DNA of 64,000 bases from Bacilli bacterium. Lineage in GTDB: Bacteria; Bacillota_I; Bacilli_A; RFN20; CAG-826. Location: contig JAKSUW010000004.1 in NCBI GenBank assembly GCA_024408565.1, positions 5,863 to 69,862 of the forward strand. Direction: 5' to 3'. The notes under the pieces are model-generated. The model searched no databases. It was given only the letters and a program-made list of their open reading frames with translations, and was not told where the DNA came from. Shown one piece after another: positions 18,122-29,078 of the stretch (its first letter is position 1; the number at the start of each line of letters is the position of its first letter). A program made the position numbers and the translations under genes.

Positions 18122-20203
18122 ATGGCTCGTGAATTTGATTTAGCCCATACCCGTAACATCGGGATTATGGCGCACATTGACGCTGGTAAAACAACGACCA
18201 CTGAACGGATTCTTTATTTTACTGGTAAGATCCATAAGATTGGTGAAGTGCACGATGGTGCAGCCACCATGGACTGGATGGAACAAGAACAAGAAAGAGG
18301 TATTACTATTACCTCCGCTGCAACAACTGCGACTTGGAATGGTAACCGGATTAACATTATCGATACGCCGGGGCACGTCGACTTCACCGTTGAAGTTGAA
18401 CGTTCCTTACGGGTACTTGATGGTGCGGTGACTGTCCTTGATGGAAAAAACGGCGTTGAACCACAAACGGAAACTGTGTGGCGGCAAGGGACAAAGTATG
18501 GTGTTCCGCGGATTGTCTTTGTCAATAAAATGGACGCGATTGGCGCCGACTTTGATATGTGCGTGGCGAGTTTACATGAACGTTTAGCCGCGAACGCCGA
18601 AGCCGTTCAATACCCAATTGGTGCCGAAAGTGAATTTAAAGGCGCGATTGATTTAATCGAAAAGAAAGCCTACTTCTACGAAGGCGATAAAGACGAAAAG
18701 CCGATTGAAAAGGAAATCCCTGAAGAATATAAAGAAAAGTGTTCCGCTTTACGGCAAAAGTTACTCGAAGCCTTAGCGGGTTTTGATGATGACTTTATGA
18801 TGATGGTGCTTGATGGTAAGGAACCTGATATTCCCACCATTAAGAAAGTCATTCGGAAGGCCGTTTTAACTGGTACATTCTTCCCGGTGTTCTGTGGTTC
18901 GGCTTATAAAAATAAGAATATTCAATTACTCCTCAATGGGGTTGTTGATTATTTACCAAGCCCACTTGATATTCCACCGGCGAAAGGTATTAACCAAGCC
19001 GACGATAAAGAATATCTTTGTCATCCCGATGATAACGCCCCTTTAGCGGCGTTAGCCTTTAAGATTGCTACTGACCCATTCATTGGTCGACTCGCTTATG
19101 TTCGGGTTTATGCTGGTACTCTTAAGAGTGGTAGTTATGTGATGAATACCACGAAAGGCAGTAAAGAAAGAATTGCTCGTGTCGTCTTAATGCACTCCAA
19201 CCACCGGCAAGAAGTTGATGAACTCCATGCGGGTGATATTGGTGCGGTTGTTGGTTTAAAGAATACGACCACTGGCGATACTTTAGCCGATGAAAAACTT
19301 GATGTTGTCTTAGAGAAGATGGAATTCCCTGAGCCCGTTATCGAAGAGGCGGTGGAACCAAAATCAAAAGCTGACCAAGATAAGATGGCGATTGCTTTAA
19401 CTAAGTTAGCCGAAGAAGATCCAACCTTTAAGGTTCACACCAATAGCGAAACTGGTCAAACCATTATCGCCGGTGTTGGTGAATTACACCTTGATATTAT
19501 TGTTGACCGGATGAGACGCGAATTTGGTGTCCAAGTGAACGTTGGCGCTCCTCAAGTTGGGTATCGCGAAACGATTCGTGTACCCGCTGAATGCGAAGGT
19601 AAATACATTAAGCAATCCGGCGGTCGTGGTCAATATGGTCACGTCTGGATTAAGTTTGAACCAAATCCAGGTAAAGGCTTTGAATTTGTTGACGCGGTTG
19701 TTGGTGGTAGTGTTCCACGGGAATACATTAAGCCAACTAACCAAGGTTTCGTTGATGCGATGAACCGTGGCTTAATTGCGGGGTATCCCGTGATTGACGT
19801 GAAAGCTACCCTCTTTGATGGTAGTAGCCACGAAGTTGATAGTAGTGAAGCGGCCTATAAGATTGCGGCGAGCTTAGCCTTAAAAGAAGCTGCGCGGAAA
19901 TGTTCGCCCGTGATTCTTGAACCCATTATGAAAGTGGAAGTAACGGTCCCAGAACAATATTATGGTGATGTCATTGGTGATATTGCTCGTCGGCGTGGTA
20001 ACATGACGGGTGAAAGCCAACGTGGTAACGCGAAGGTGATTGATGCGGAAGTCCCGTTAGCGGAAATGTTTGGTTACGTGACCGACTTACGGAGTTTCAC
20101 GCAAGGTCGTGGTAACTACACCATGCAATTTGATCACTATGGCGAATGCCCAAGATTCGTCCAAGACGAAATCATTAAGAAAAGCGGCATGAGTAACCGC
20201 TAA
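18122..20203 (+). CDS. fusA: Elongation factor G
   Basis: G-domain motifs AHIDAGKTT and DTPGHVDF are present, the protein is 693 aa and it sits in the str operon position. Confidence 0.95.
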   Translation: MAREFDLAHTRNIGIMAHIDAGKTTTTERILYFTGKIHKIGEVHDGAATMDWMEQEQERGITITSAATTATWNGNRINIIDTPGHVDFTVEVERSLRVLDGAVTVLDGKNGVEPQTETVWRQGTKYGVPRIVFVNKMDAIGADFDMCVASLHERLAANAEAVQYPIGAESEFKGAIDLIEKKAYFYEGDKDEKPIEKEIPEEYKEKCSALRQKLLEALAGFDDDFMMMVLDGKEPDIPTIKKVIRKAVLTGTFFPVFCGSAYKNKNIQLLLNGVVDYLPSPLDIPPAKGINQADDKEYLCHPDDNAPLAALAFKIATDPFIGRLAYVRVYAGTLKSGSYVMNTTKGSKERIARVVLMHSNHRQEVDELHAGDIGAVVGLKNTTTGDTLADEKLDVVLEKMEFPEPVIEEAVEPKSKADQDKMAIALTKLAEEDPTFKVHTNSETGQTIIAGVGELHLDIIVDRMRREFGVQVNVGAPQVGYRETIRVPAECEGKYIKQSGGRGQYGHVWIKFEPNPGKGFEFVDAVVGGSVPREYIKPTNQGFVDAMNRGLIAGYPVIDVKATLFDGSSHEVDSSEAAYKIAASLALKEAARKCSPVILEPIMKVEVTVPEQYYGDVIGDIARRRGNMTGESQRGNAKVIDAEVPLAEMFGYVTDLRSFTQGRGNYTMQFDHYGECPRFVQDEIIKKSGMSNR

Positions 20204-20221
20204 TAAACACACAAACGAAAA

Positions 20222-20246
20222 GCACCCCTTAATGGGGTGTTTTTGT
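20222..20246 (+). terminator. Rho-independent terminator after fusA
   Basis: CACCCC-ttaat-GGGGTG hairpin followed by TTTTTG. Confidence 0.7.
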
Positions 20247-20259
20247 TATAATATTAACA

Positions 20260-21861
20260 ATGAGTAATAAAATTAATCTTTTCCAGCGGATTAGTAATCG
20301 CGTGGGTCAGACTTATAGCGGTCAAAAGATTCCGCGGGGAACGAAATGGACTTATTCAGTTTCCGGAACTTTTCGTGACGCCGCTTACGCTTTAATGTCG
20401 GCTTTCGTAATTGTTTACGCAAAAGAAGCAGGCATTATTGATATTGGTTCAGCAGCGATTTTAGGTGCGATCTCAGCGGTTTTAATTGCGTTTCGCGTCT
20501 TTGACGCGGTAAATGACCCAATCATGGGTGTCATTATTGAACGAGTGCATTTTAAAACCGGCAAATATAAACCATGGATCTTTATTGGTAGTTTCATTTC
20601 GATGATTACCTATTTAGCCTTGTTCTGTGGGCCGAAAATCTTCCCCTGGTGTCGCGATTGGGTGTATGTTGGTTGGTTCGCGGTTTTCTATTTATTGTGG
20701 GATATTGGCTTTACGATGAATGACATTGCCTATTGGAGTATGCTCCCGAGCATGTCAAGTGTTGAAAAAGAACGAGCGCAAGTGACTTCCATTGTTCTAT
20801 TTTGTTGTAACATTGGTGAATTTGTGGTGACCGCTTTAACACCTTTTTTAACCCAAACGAATATTTTAGGCACCGATGCCTATTGGGTGATTTGTCTCAT
20901 TGTTACCGGTTTATTTATCATTAGTCAAACTTGTGTCTTTATCTTTTGTAAGGAGCGTTCACGAAATTTACTAGACCGGAAAGCCGAGAAGCCGGCAAGC
21001 GTGAAAGACTTATTTAATGTCTTAAAGAATAATTCGCAAGTGCGAACGATGATTATCGTGATTTTACTCTATTATATTTCCATTCATATTATTAACGGCT
21101 TAATGAATGATGTGCTTTGGATTACTGCTGGTTATAATGAAGCAAAACAATTACAGTTCTATTTCACTTTCGTTAATACCGCCGCGGTTTTATTACCACC
21201 CGTATTTATTCCGTTACTATTAAAGAAGTTTTCATTAAGAAAAATCGCTAATGTTGGCTTAGTGGGGATGTTAGCAACCCGGATTATCTTCTTATTCTAT
21301 GGTTCGCCAATCGGTAATAATTTAATTGCGCCACCGCAAATTCTTGGTGGAGGCTTAGGCGCGGGCTACGCGACTTGCTTCTGTATCCTTTCGGCTTTGA
21401 TGGTGTTATCACAAACCATTGCCTATAACATTTTCTTAATCATGATGAGTAACACGATTGAATATAACGAATATAAGACTGGCGACCGGCAAGAATCGAT
21501 TATTTTCTCGCTCCGGCCGTTCTCCACTAAACTTTCTTCTTCGATTAAAGAAGGGGTGGTGTTTGTTGCCTTATTAGCTACGGGTATTAATAAGATTGAA
21601 GGCGAGATTGGTAAGATTAATGATTCACCCTTAAGCCCCGCGGAAAAAGAAGCCGAGATTACGAAAGTATTACAAACTGTTACCGCTAGCCAAGTTTGGG
21701 GTTTAAAACTAATCATGGTGATTATTCCATTACTTTGTATCATTACTTGTTATTTATTAATTCGTAAATATTACTTTATCGACGAAAAGTATTACGCCAA
21801 AATTTGTGATGAAATTGATAAGCGCAATAAAAAGGATTTAAAAGAAGCGAAGGCAAAATAA
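20260..21861 (+). CDS. GPH-family (MelB-like, MFS_2) glycoside/cation symporter
   Basis: 12-TM protein carrying the FDAVNDPIMG signature (D-x3-D-P-x2-G). It is a paralog of the 22767..24329 gene. Confidence 0.7.
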   Translation: MSNKINLFQRISNRVGQTYSGQKIPRGTKWTYSVSGTFRDAAYALMSAFVIVYAKEAGIIDIGSAAILGAISAVLIAFRVFDAVNDPIMGVIIERVHFKTGKYKPWIFIGSFISMITYLALFCGPKIFPWCRDWVYVGWFAVFYLLWDIGFTMNDIAYWSMLPSMSSVEKERAQVTSIVLFCCNIGEFVVTALTPFLTQTNILGTDAYWVICLIVTGLFIISQTCVFIFCKERSRNLLDRKAEKPASVKDLFNVLKNNSQVRTMIIVILLYYISIHIINGLMNDVLWITAGYNEAKQLQFYFTFVNTAAVLLPPVFIPLLLKKFSLRKIANVGLVGMLATRIIFLFYGSPIGNNLIAPPQILGGGLGAGYATCFCILSALMVLSQTIAYNIFLIMMSNTIEYNEYKTGDRQESIIFSLRPFSTKLSSSIKEGVVFVALLATGINKIEGEIGKINDSPLSPAEKEAEITKVLQTVTASQVWGLKLIMVIIPLLCIITCYLLIRKYYFIDEKYYAKICDEIDKRNKKDLKEAKAK

Positions 21862-22754
21862 TGAACGCGATTGGGATTGATGTTGGTGGAACCAATATAA
21901 AAATTGGTGTTGTTTCTAAACAAGGCAAAGTCCTTAAACAAGACGCCTTTCGCGTTGATCCGAAGGAAGCTGGTTTAAGCGCTTTAAAGCGAATTGCTAA
22001 AATTATTAACCAATACCACAAACAATACGACATAAAAGGCATTGGCGTCGGGATGCCAGGCATTCTTGATTTATCGACGGGTGAACTATTATATTCTTCA
22101 ACAACTTTAAATTCGTGGCGGCAAATTAATATCATTAAGACGTTAACCAAATTAACCAAATTAAAAGTAAAAATTAGTAACGACGCGAATGTGGCCGCTC
22201 TAGCGGAAGCGCGTTTTGGTAAATATAAAAACGTTAATTCGTTAATTTTATTAACGCTTGGAACCGGCGTTGGGGGAGGGATTATTGCTAATAAACATTT
22301 AGTTGAGGGTAATAATGGTCAAGGGGCCGAACTTGGTCACATGTCGATTGACTATCACGGACGAAAATGCGGTTGTGGTCGACTTGGATGTCTCGAAGCT
22401 TATGTGAGTGCGAAGGCGCTTAAAAAAGACGCCGCTAAAGCGTTTAAAAAAGAAATACCAGTTAAAGATATTTTCACTTTATATGAAAAAGGTAATCCAA
22501 TCGCTAAGAAAGTGATTAATGAATACATCACCTATTTAGGTGAAGGGATTTTAAATTATTGTATTATCTTCCGTCCCGAAGTTATTTTATTATCAGGTGG
22601 GATTGCTAAAGCTGGTAGTTTATTAACTAAGCCGTTAAATATTTATTTAAAAAAGCATCATTACGGGATTAAAGGAACCGCTAAAGTGCTTGTTGATGTT
22701 GCCTCGCTCCACTATGATAGTGGTATTATAGGAGCAGCCAGTCTAATTTTATAA
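21861..22754 (+). CDS. ROK-family sugar kinase (glucokinase-like)
   Basis: IGIDVGGTNIKIG N-terminal ATP motif and the ROK zinc motif GHMSIDYHGRKCGCGRLGCLEAY. Its start overlaps the upstream stop. Confidence 0.75.
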   Translation: MNAIGIDVGGTNIKIGVVSKQGKVLKQDAFRVDPKEAGLSALKRIAKIINQYHKQYDIKGIGVGMPGILDLSTGELLYSSTTLNSWRQINIIKTLTKLTKLKVKISNDANVAALAEARFGKYKNVNSLILLTLGTGVGGGIIANKHLVEGNNGQGAELGHMSIDYHGRKCGCGRLGCLEAYVSAKALKKDAAKAFKKEIPVKDIFTLYEKGNPIAKKVINEYITYLGEGILNYCIIFRPEVILLSGGIAKAGSLLTKPLNIYLKKHHYGIKGTAKVLVDVASLHYDSGIIGAASLIL

Positions 22755-22766
22755 AAGGAGAGTTTT

Positions 22767-24329
22767 ATGTTTGAACGATTAACGAGCAAAATAGGTCGAA
22801 CCTATAGCGATGAAATTATTCCAAAACGCACCAAGTGGATTTATACCACGAGTGGTTTAGGTCGCGACGCGGTGTACGCGATGGTGTCAGTTTTCTTAAT
22901 CACTTTTATTACGAAGGCTGGTTACTTAGACGGTAACTACGAGGCGATGTTTGCCACAATTTCTGGCATTATTATTGGTTACCGAATCTTTGACGCCGTG
23001 AATGACCCGTTTATGGGTGTTATTATTGAAAAATGTCATTTTAAAACCGGTAAATATAAGCCGTGGATATTCCTTGGCTCATTGACTAATACCGCGACTG
23101 TCCTAGCGTTATTCTTAACGCCGGCGTTCTGTACTTGGTGTCGTGGATGGGGATTTGTGGCGTGGTTTGCGGTCTTCTATTTACTTTGGGGCATGACCTT
23201 CACCATGAACGATATTGCCTTCTGTTCAATGCTTCCAAGTATGTCAAGTAACGAAAAGCAAAGAACGAGAGTCACTTCCTTATTAATGATTTTTGAAAAC
23301 GGTGGATCATTTATGATCTCCCTTATCGTGCCGTTTATGGCGCAAACCTCGCTTGGTATTCAAAATGCCTATTGGGTTGCTGCGATTATCATTGGTTTCT
23401 TATTTGTAGTGGGACAAACCGCTTTATTCTTCTTCTGCCCTGAACATAAACGCAATTTAGCCGCAGAAGCAAAAGCCGAACCACCGCGATTCCGCGATAT
23501 GATTGAAATCTTTAAAAAGAACCGCTTAGTGAGAATCATGGTCATTGTTATCTTTGTCTGGTTTATCTCCTTATTTAGCCTAGAAGGTTTAATGCAAGAT
23601 GTCTTCCTTTTAGCCGTTGGCTATAACGCGGGCTTCCAGTTAATGAGCTGGTTTAGTTTTGTGAAGATTGGGGCGATTGTTATCCCAATGTTATTTATGC
23701 CACGTATTCTAGATAAAGTCCCAAAGATGAAAGTCTTTAAGATTTGTATGAGTACGATGATTGTCTCTTATCTTCTCTTCTTTATCTATGGGGCACCTTT
23801 AGGTGGAACATCCTTTATTGCTCCGAGTTTTGTCTTTGGTACAGTGAGTCCTGCTTATGTCACACTCTTATTTATCATCGCGTTGGTGATGTATGTGGCG
23901 AATAGTTGTACCTATAACGTGATTTATCTCTTTATGGAAAACACCGTTGAATATAACGAATATATTAGTGGTCGTCGGCAAGAATCAGTTATCTTCTCAA
24001 TGCGCCCGTTTGCGACGAAGTTCGCTAGTAGTATTCAAATCCTTATTACTGACGCGGCAATGTATTCAACTGGCTATATCGCGGTATCGAAAGCGATTAA
24101 CGATAATAATAACTTACCAGATCCTGAAGAAGCCGCTAGGTTAAATGAAGAAGTGATTCGAAACGCCTTAAATAATCCAGGCATGATTTATGGTATGCGT
24201 GTTTGGTGTGTGGTAGTACCTGCCATCTTACTCGCGGTTGCCTTCTTCTTATTAGTGAAGTTCTATGATTTAAGTGACGCTAAATACACTAGTATTTGTA
24301 AAGAACTTAGTGAACGGAAGCGGGCCTAG
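22767..24329 (+). CDS. GPH-family glycoside/cation symporter (second paralog)
   Basis: FDAVNDPFMG signature and the same overall organisation as the 20260 gene. An AAGGAG RBS is present. Confidence 0.7.
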   Translation: MFERLTSKIGRTYSDEIIPKRTKWIYTTSGLGRDAVYAMVSVFLITFITKAGYLDGNYEAMFATISGIIIGYRIFDAVNDPFMGVIIEKCHFKTGKYKPWIFLGSLTNTATVLALFLTPAFCTWCRGWGFVAWFAVFYLLWGMTFTMNDIAFCSMLPSMSSNEKQRTRVTSLLMIFENGGSFMISLIVPFMAQTSLGIQNAYWVAAIIIGFLFVVGQTALFFFCPEHKRNLAAEAKAEPPRFRDMIEIFKKNRLVRIMVIVIFVWFISLFSLEGLMQDVFLLAVGYNAGFQLMSWFSFVKIGAIVIPMLFMPRILDKVPKMKVFKICMSTMIVSYLLFFIYGAPLGGTSFIAPSFVFGTVSPAYVTLLFIIALVMYVANSCTYNVIYLFMENTVEYNEYISGRRQESVIFSMRPFATKFASSIQILITDAAMYSTGYIAVSKAINDNNNLPDPEEAARLNEEVIRNALNNPGMIYGMRVWCVVVPAILLAVAFFLLVKFYDLSDAKYTSICKELSERKRA

Positions 24330-24331
24330 AT

Positions 24332-25198
24332 ATGTCCTATTTAGTTAGTATTTTAAAGCGGCTTAAATTTCCTAAGGATTGCCAAGAAGAAGTTTTAAAC
24401 GCCTACCAAAAGATTAAAAACAAGAAAGATATCGAAAAGATATTAAAACAATATAAAAACGAAAATGTTGATTTTCCTAAACTCATTGCGAGTTGGCAGC
24501 CGATTCTTAAAAAATATAAGATCAATCAATATCTAGGTGACTTACTATTTTGTTTATTACTGTGCGAAAAACAAGAAGTCTTATATAAGAAGAACCATTT
24601 ATCAAACGCTTTATTTATTGAAACAATGACGGATCTTAAATATAAGGCAATTGAATGTAAACTTGTTAAACATACCTGGGGATTATTTGTGACCCCGTGG
24701 TATGGTAGTTTCTTTAAATTAAGATTGTTTTCTTTAGGAAGACTTCAATTTGAAGTCTATACTTTCTTAGCCGACTACGATAATAAAAACGTTCACTTAA
24801 AAGCGGGGCAACCGTGTTTAAATGTTCATATCGCGCGAAACGGTGAACCACTTGATATTAAGGAATGTAAGAAGTCAATCGCCCGAGCGAAGAAATTCTT
24901 CCCACCGTATTTTAAGGATTACATTCTCTTTAGTTGTGATTCCTGGTTCTTATTTAATAAGACGTTAGAGTTTGTTGGGAAAGATTCTAATATTTATCGT
25001 TTCTCAAAACTCTTTAAATTAATTAAGATGATTCCGGTGAAAGACCAAAGTGAAGAGATGTGGCGTTTATTTGATGATGACACAAGTGACTTAAGTAAAC
25101 TAAAAGCCAAAACGAGTCTCCAGAAAAAATATTTAAAATATTTAAAGCAAGGTGGAAAAATCGGTTTAGGCCTTGGTTATTTTATTTATAAATTCTAA
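24332..25198 (+). CDS. Hypothetical protein (function unknown, co-oriented with the sugar locus)
   Basis: 288-aa soluble protein with no motif I can place confidently. Confidence 0.35.
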   Translation: MSYLVSILKRLKFPKDCQEEVLNAYQKIKNKKDIEKILKQYKNENVDFPKLIASWQPILKKYKINQYLGDLLFCLLLCEKQEVLYKKNHLSNALFIETMTDLKYKAIECKLVKHTWGLFVTPWYGSFFKLRLFSLGRLQFEVYTFLADYDNKNVHLKAGQPCLNVHIARNGEPLDIKECKKSIARAKKFFPPYFKDYILFSCDSWFLFNKTLEFVGKDSNIYRFSKLFKLIKMIPVKDQSEEMWRLFDDDTSDLSKLKAKTSLQKKYLKYLKQGGKIGLGLGYFIYKF

Positions 25199-26470
25199 TC
25201 ACTTAGCGTGCTTAATAGTAATTAGTTGGCCATGCTTTAAGCGACTTTCTTCCGCGGCATAACACATCAAATGACTTTCAATGGATGAGGCTAAGGTTGT
25301 AGCGGCTCCATCTTTTTTACCCGTCACAATTTGATAAAGTGCATTGACTAGACCTTCATCGCCGCCGCCATGACCAAATGAACATTTGCTTTGGATTTTA
25401 TTAAACGGAACAGTAACAGCTTTTTCACCAAAGCGTTTAATTAAAATTTCGTGCCGCTCTTCGTCTAAATCAATTTCCCCGGTGGTGCCATGGAATTTAT
25501 AGATTCTACCGGGCTTCGCGGTAAAGCCAGTCATACATAAATTAGCGGTCACCCCGTTTTCAAAAGTCATAATGGTTTGTTGATGATCAACAACATCATT
25601 GCGACAAGTAAAGACACACTCGCCATATTCATTACTTTCATACGCTTTCTTTAGATTCTTCTCTGTTAAAGGATAAGTGGTGCAGGTGACATTAAAGGGC
25701 CAATCGTTTTTTGGTGAACCCTTTTCTTTCCACATTTTGATATAAATGTTTTTAGCGCTATAGGGACAAGTATCAATATATTTACAAGTCGCGCACCGTT
25801 TACTCGCACCTTTCGGTTGATGCTCTTTATTAAAGAAATCTAAGCGACCCATCGATGACACATATTGACAGCGGCTCTTCGCGTAATATTGTAATAAATC
25901 CATATCGTGACAACATTTGGCTAAAATCATTGGCGAAGTCTTTTTACTATCATGCCAATTACCCCGGACAAAACTATGGGCCTGGTGCCAATAGGCTACT
26001 TGTTCAAGGGCGTCAATATCCATTAATGTTCCAATCGTGCCTTGATCAATTAAGCGGGCGACTTCTAGATACGCTGGCGCGTAACGAAGGACGTGACAAA
26101 CAATCACCTTTCTTTTGTACTTTTTCTGCGCAGCTAATAAACGGAAGCATTCACTCTTACTTGGGGTGATAGGCTTTTCAAGTAACACATGATAGCCAAG
26201 GCTCATCGCTTTAATCGCGTGCCGGACATGGTCTTGATCTTGGGTTGCCACAATACACACATCGGCTAATTTCTTCTTAAAGAAAGCCTTCTCGTCTTTA
26301 AATAATAAGCGTGATGGAATTTTAAATTCTTTCTTCGCTAACGTAAGCCGGACAGCCCGCGCATCACACACGCTTACGACTTGGTATTGATTCGATTTAT
26401 GCATTAAAGTGCCATAAGCATCAATCCCACGGCTTCCTCCGCCAATAATTGCAACGGTTAGTTTTTTCAT
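25199..26470 (-). CDS. Gfo/Idh/MocA-family NAD(P)-dependent oxidoreductase with a Cys-rich C-terminal extension
   Basis: N-terminal Rossmann motif VAIIGGGSRG and the EKP motif (LLEKPIT). A C-terminal cysteine cluster CATCKYIDTCPYSAKN...CVFTC is also present. Confidence 0.7.
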   Translation of the reverse strand: MKKLTVAIIGGGSRGIDAYGTLMHKSNQYQVVSVCDARAVRLTLAKKEFKIPSRLLFKDEKAFFKKKLADVCIVATQDQDHVRHAIKAMSLGYHVLLEKPITPSKSECFRLLAAQKKYKRKVIVCHVLRYAPAYLEVARLIDQGTIGTLMDIDALEQVAYWHQAHSFVRGNWHDSKKTSPMILAKCCHDMDLLQYYAKSRCQYVSSMGRLDFFNKEHQPKGASKRCATCKYIDTCPYSAKNIYIKMWKEKGSPKNDWPFNVTCTTYPLTEKNLKKAYESNEYGECVFTCRNDVVDHQQTIMTFENGVTANLCMTGFTAKPGRIYKFHGTTGEIDLDEERHEILIKRFGEKAVTVPFNKIQSKCSFGHGGGDEGLVNALYQIVTGKKDGAATTLASSIESHLMCYAAEESRLKHGQLITIKHAK

Positions 26471-26484
26471 AATTATTTCTCCTT

Positions 26485-27573
26485 TTAATATTTATTAATT
26501 AAACTATTCATTTGTTTGTATTGCTTTTCCATTTCGCTCACTAATTTAAGTTGAGTGCGAGCACGCACTAAGTTATGAGTAGGGTACTTGGTATGGAAAT
26601 AATGATCACCTTCAAGATAATCAGTTAAGAAACGCATCCCACATTCTAGTGTCATCATGATACTTCCTAACGCTAAATTTTCTTTTTCTTTCTTGGTAAT
26701 CACTTTACCTAAGGTTTTTAAGAAACCTTTTAAAAAGATTTCGTATAAATCAAGCCGGAAGTGCACTTTGCTTAAATCTTTGTCGTCTTCTTTCGCGGAG
26801 TTGGTGCCAAAACGAATTGCATCACCAAAATCATAACAAAGCGAACCGGGCATAATCGTGTCTAAGTCAATAACCGCGATGGGGTGGTGCGTTTTTTCAT
26901 CAAACAAGATATTGTTTAGTTTTGTATCGTTATGAGTAACGCGCGTCGGAATTGTTTTCTTCTTTAACATATTAACAATTAATGGACAATATTGTTGATG
27001 GTCAATAATAAACTTAATTTCTTTTTGGCAAGTCTTCGCGCGTTTCATCTTATCGAGTTTAACCGCTTTTAAGAAAGCTTTATAACGAAGTTCGGTGTTA
27101 TGGAAATTAGGGATAATTTCGTATAATTTACGCGCATCAAACTTCGCTAAAATTTTATAGAAATTCGCAAACGCCACCGCAGTGTAATAAAAATCTTGTG
27201 GTTTTTTAATAATTTGTAGAGTGATTGTGTGATTAATAAAATATAACACCCGCGCGTATAGATTTTGGTATTTGACATAGGACTTTTTATTCTTAGTAAA
27301 AACGACATTAATCGTTTCGCGGAATGGATCGCCACCTCTTTTAGTAATCGCTTGGTGAGTAAATTTAGTCACGGCAACATAATTTTCCATTAAGTGCGAG
27401 ACGGGATGAAAAATCTTATCGTTAATGATTTGTAGAATATACTGATCTTTATTTTTGAAAGTTACTAAATAAGTATTATTAATATGACCTTCGCCATAGG
27501 GAATAGCCTTAATTATTTCGCTATTAATCGGATAGGATTGAAAGATTTTCTTAATGTCGACGAGCTTAAGCAT
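26485..27573 (-). CDS. APH/ChoK-fold small-molecule kinase, possibly an anomeric sugar kinase (N-acetylhexosamine 1-kinase-like)
   Basis: Brenner motif HNDTKLNNILFD and the D-x-D motif IDLDTIMPG. The start is taken at MLKLVDIKK (27571-27573). The track's GTG start lies inside a probable promoter region. Confidence 0.55.
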   Translation of the reverse strand: MLKLVDIKKIFQSYPINSEIIKAIPYGEGHINNTYLVTFKNKDQYILQIINDKIFHPVSHLMENYVAVTKFTHQAITKRGGDPFRETINVVFTKNKKSYVKYQNLYARVLYFINHTITLQIIKKPQDFYYTAVAFANFYKILAKFDARKLYEIIPNFHNTELRYKAFLKAVKLDKMKRAKTCQKEIKFIIDHQQYCPLIVNMLKKKTIPTRVTHNDTKLNNILFDEKTHHPIAVIDLDTIMPGSLCYDFGDAIRFGTNSAKEDDKDLSKVHFRLDLYEIFLKGFLKTLGKVITKKEKENLALGSIMMTLECGMRFLTDYLEGDHYFHTKYPTHNLVRARTQLKLVSEMEKQYKQMNSLINKY

Positions 27574-27737
27574 ACCTTTTATTATTATATTAGTTTTAAT
27601 CATAATTAGATTAAAAACATCATTTATTTCACCCACGCGTATTTAGATAGTGAAAAAAGTTTGCAATTAACAATAACTTGCTATAAGATATAACACGCTA
27701 CGAATTTAGCATTCGAAGAGAAAAGAGGAGATTTTTT

Positions 27738-28922
27738 ATGGCAAAAGAGAAATTTGACAGAAGTAAAGTCCACGTTAACATTGGTACGATTGGCCACGTT
27801 GACCATGGTAAAACCACTTTAACCGCGGCAATTACTAAAGTCCTTTCGGCAAAAGGCGGTGCGGTCGCGAAAGCGTATAACGAAATCGATGCAGCACCCG
27901 AAGAGAAGGAACGTGGTATTACGATTAATACTGCCCACATTGAATACTCAACCGCGAAGCGTCACTACGCTCACGTTGACTGCCCGGGGCACGCTGACTA
28001 CGTTAAGAACATGATTACTGGTGCAGCGCAAATGGATGGAGCAATCCTAGTGGTTGCGGGTACTGATGGCGTCATGCCACAAACGCGTGAACACATCTTA
28101 CTTGCTCGCCAAGTTGGTGTTCCTTACATCTGCGTCTTCATCAACAAAGTTGACTTAGTTGACGACAAAGAATTACTCGACTTAGTCGAGATGGAAGTCC
28201 GTGACTTACTCACTTCCTATGGTTTCCCAGGTGATAAAGTTCCTGTGATCCGTGGTAGTGCGAGAAAGGCGCTCGACGGCGATGCGGAAGCGGCTAAACA
28301 AATCGAAGCGCTTATGGATGCGGTTGATGCGAACATCCCAGATCCAGTGCGTGATGTTGATAAACCATTCTTACTCCCAATCGAAGACGTTATGACCATT
28401 TCTGGTCGTGGTACCGTTGTCACGGGCCGGGTCGAACGCGGCAAATGCAATCTCAACGACGAAATGGAAATCGTTGGTATTAAACCAACCCAAAAGACCG
28501 TTGTTACTGGTCTAGAAATGTTCCGGAAGACCCTTGAGTACGCTCAAGCGGGTGATAACGTTGGTGTCCTCTTAAGAGGTATCAACCGTGATCAAGTTAT
28601 CCGTGGTCAAGTCTTAGCGAAACCGGGAACGATTGTTCCTCACGTTAAGTTCACTGCCACTGTCTACGTCTTAAAGAAAGAAGAAGGTGGACGTCATACT
28701 GCGTTCTTAAGTAACTATCGTCCACAATTCTATTTCCGTACAACCGATATTACTGGTGTCATCACTCTTCCGGCCGATGTGAAGATGGTTATGCCTGGTG
28801 ATAACGTGGAACTCACCATCGAACTCATTCACCCAATCGCGATTGAAAAGGGAACTAAGTTCTCCATCCGTGAAGGTGGCCGGACCGTTGGTGCGGGTAC
28901 CGTGAGCGAAATTCTTAAGTAA
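27738..28922 (+). CDS. tuf: Elongation factor Tu
   Basis: The protein runs from [10 protein letters not shown] to DCPGHADY and has the canonical 394-aa length. Confidence 0.95.
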   Translation: MAKEKFDRSKVHVNIGTIGHVDHGKTTLTAAITKVLSAKGGAVAKAYNEIDAAPEEKERGITINTAHIEYSTAKRHYAHVDCPGHADYVKNMITGAAQMDGAILVVAGTDGVMPQTREHILLARQVGVPYICVFINKVDLVDDKELLDLVEMEVRDLLTSYGFPGDKVPVIRGSARKALDGDAEAAKQIEALMDAVDANIPDPVRDVDKPFLLPIEDVMTISGRGTVVTGRVERGKCNLNDEMEIVGIKPTQKTVVTGLEMFRKTLEYAQAGDNVGVLLRGINRDQVIRGQVLAKPGTIVPHVKFTATVYVLKKEEGGRHTAFLSNYRPQFYFRTTDITGVITLPADVKMVMPGDNVELTIELIHPIAIEKGTKFSIREGGRTVGAGTVSEILK

Positions 28923-28947
28923 TTAAGAATATCCCTAAATAACTTAA

Positions 28948-28975
28948 ATACCCCGTTAATTCGGGGTATTTTTAT
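28948..28975 (+). terminator. Rho-independent terminator after tuf
   Basis: ATACCCCG-ttaat-CGGGGTAT hairpin followed by TTTTTA. Confidence 0.7.
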
Positions 28976-29078
28976 TCAATTTATGTATATATACGCACGA
29001 GTGTTAAATATAAATAACGAAAAAATGTTAACATTTTCACTCGTTTTATGTATAATATGTCGCAAGAGGTAAAAAAAT

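Noticed and set aside
18140-18525. Several 78- to 103-aa ORFs on both strands inside fusA, with similar short ORFs inside recG, the 834-aa gene, tuf and the BspA gene
   Set aside because: They are embedded in high-confidence conserved genes and have no independent signals. They are typical shadow ORFs.
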